A stretch of 63,148 bases of DNA, the filler included, from Bigelowiella natans CCMP2755 (lineage: Eukaryota > Protista > Cercozoa): the NCBI GenBank assembly GCA_000320545.1. It is 5 parts of 5 records of this genome, joined end to end, with 100 filler letters (N's around TTAATTAATTAA, not from the genome) between each part and the next. Parts side by side here need not be neighbours in the genome. Positions count along the whole stretch, not along the records: positions 62,124 to 63,148 come from ADNK01000280.1; 4 more parts are not named here. The stretch is one strand, 5' to 3'. The notes under the pieces were generated by a model. That model was given only the letters and a program-made list of their open reading frames with translations, did not search any database and was not told the DNA's origin. Positions 62,024-63,148 of the stretch are shown piece by piece; within the stretch, counting starts at the first letter, position 1, and each line of letters starts with the position of its first letter. Both the position numbers and the translations under genes were made by a program.

Positions 62024-62123
62024 NNNNNNNNNNNNNNNNNNNNNNNNNNNNNNNNNNNNNNNNNNNNTTAATTAATTAANNNNNNNNNNNNNNNNNNNNN
62101 NNNNNNNNNNNNNNNNNNNNNNN
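62024..62123. other. Artificial contig linker
   Basis: N44-TTAATTAATTAA-N44. Confidence 0.98.
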
Positions 62124-62135
62124 ACACACACACAC

Positions 62136-62181
<46 letters not shown>

Positions 62182-62189
62182 TATATATA

Positions 62190-62268
<79 letters not shown>

Positions 62269-62306
62269 ATGTTGATGTGTTAATATGCATCGAATATACG
62301 ACATAG

Positions 62307-62959
62307 TTTTGGAGAGGATGTTTGCTTCCACGATCCCCTAGATGTCGCGGCAGACAAATACGGTACAAGTAGTAGTAGCAGCAGCAGTAGTAGCAGTAGC
62401 TGTGGCAGTAGGAAGAGTTTGATCGGATATTTGAAACCGTCTACGGTTGTGAGAGAGAGGAATCGGCCACGTGATGAGGCTGTTGGACAGAAAAGGCACG
62501 AGCGCAGTACCATCAACGAACGCATTCAAAATGCCTTAACCTCCCACCTTCCTCTTCTTGCAATTCTAACATACGGCAGGCAACGTATACGTCGCTGACA
62601 GTCAGAACCATGTGATTCGGAAGATACTCCCCGGAGGAAATGTAATTTATCCAACGATAATACGAACATACATAATACAGCAAAACTAGAAGCATCTAGG
62701 CATCATCGATGCGCCACCCAGCAACACACCGCCATATTATCCCCAAAGTGAAATGTCAAAAACTATTATGCGACCAACGGGTATGCGGAAATACATGTAT
62801 GACCCTCCACCACCTCCTCCTCCTCTTCCTCCTCCTCCTCCTCCTCCTCCTCCTCCTCCTCCTCCAGCATCATCATCCTCATCATCATCATACCAAACCA
62901 TCGTGCGCGCGCTGCCACAGGTAACAACGTACGGGGGAATAAGACGGATGGGGCACAAA
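62307..62959 (+). CDS. NHL-repeat beta-propeller protein (internal fragment)
   Basis: Three exons give FHDPLDVAADKYG / NVYVADSQNHVIRKILPGGN / VTTYGG, one NHL repeat. Confidence 0.8.
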
Positions 62960-63148
62960 GTGGTAGTATTTGACAAATCATATGCACTATAGGATTAATG
63001 ACGACATGAGGCATGTTAACATGACGCTCTTGCGGTCCCCCCCCCCCCCCCCCCCCCCCCTTCCTTCTCTGTCTGCCTGTCTGTCTGTCTGTCTTCTTCT
63101 CGAAAACTCGCTCAGTCCGGATATTAGACGGGCCTCCGAAGCGAACGT

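Overview
Eukaryotic nuclear DNA made of five contigs joined by artificial N44-TTAATTAATTAA-N44 linkers. It is gene-dense, with GT-AG introns packed with microsatellites, a TTAGGG telomere, ciliary genes and bipartite plastid-targeting presequences. This fits a flagellated alga with a secondary plastid (chlorarachniophyte-like; inference). Genes assembled by hand across introns: TBC Rab-GAP, PEX1, a polyQ transcription factor with an SRF-type MADS box followed by an NRF1/EWG-like segment, a spliced HNH endonuclease, a METTL21-type methyltransferase, an intronless DEP-PH-3xCNB-RGS protein, CFAP52, LRRC45-like, a plastid APR-B/thioredoxin fusion, a CEP164-like WW protein and an NHL-repeat protein. 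The strongest unexplained signal is compositional. A LINE-like relic, the subtelomere and several 3' intergenic gaps have lost almost all TpA dinucleotides (1 TA in 51500-52800 by hand count). The survivors are nearly all in CTA/TAG context, mostly CTAG, while CpG is retained and intronic (TA)n tracts are untouched. This looks like a targeted TpA to TpG/CpA (A-to-G) hypermutation of silent or repeat DNA, opposite in direction to fungal RIP. All counts and family calls were made by eye, without searches.
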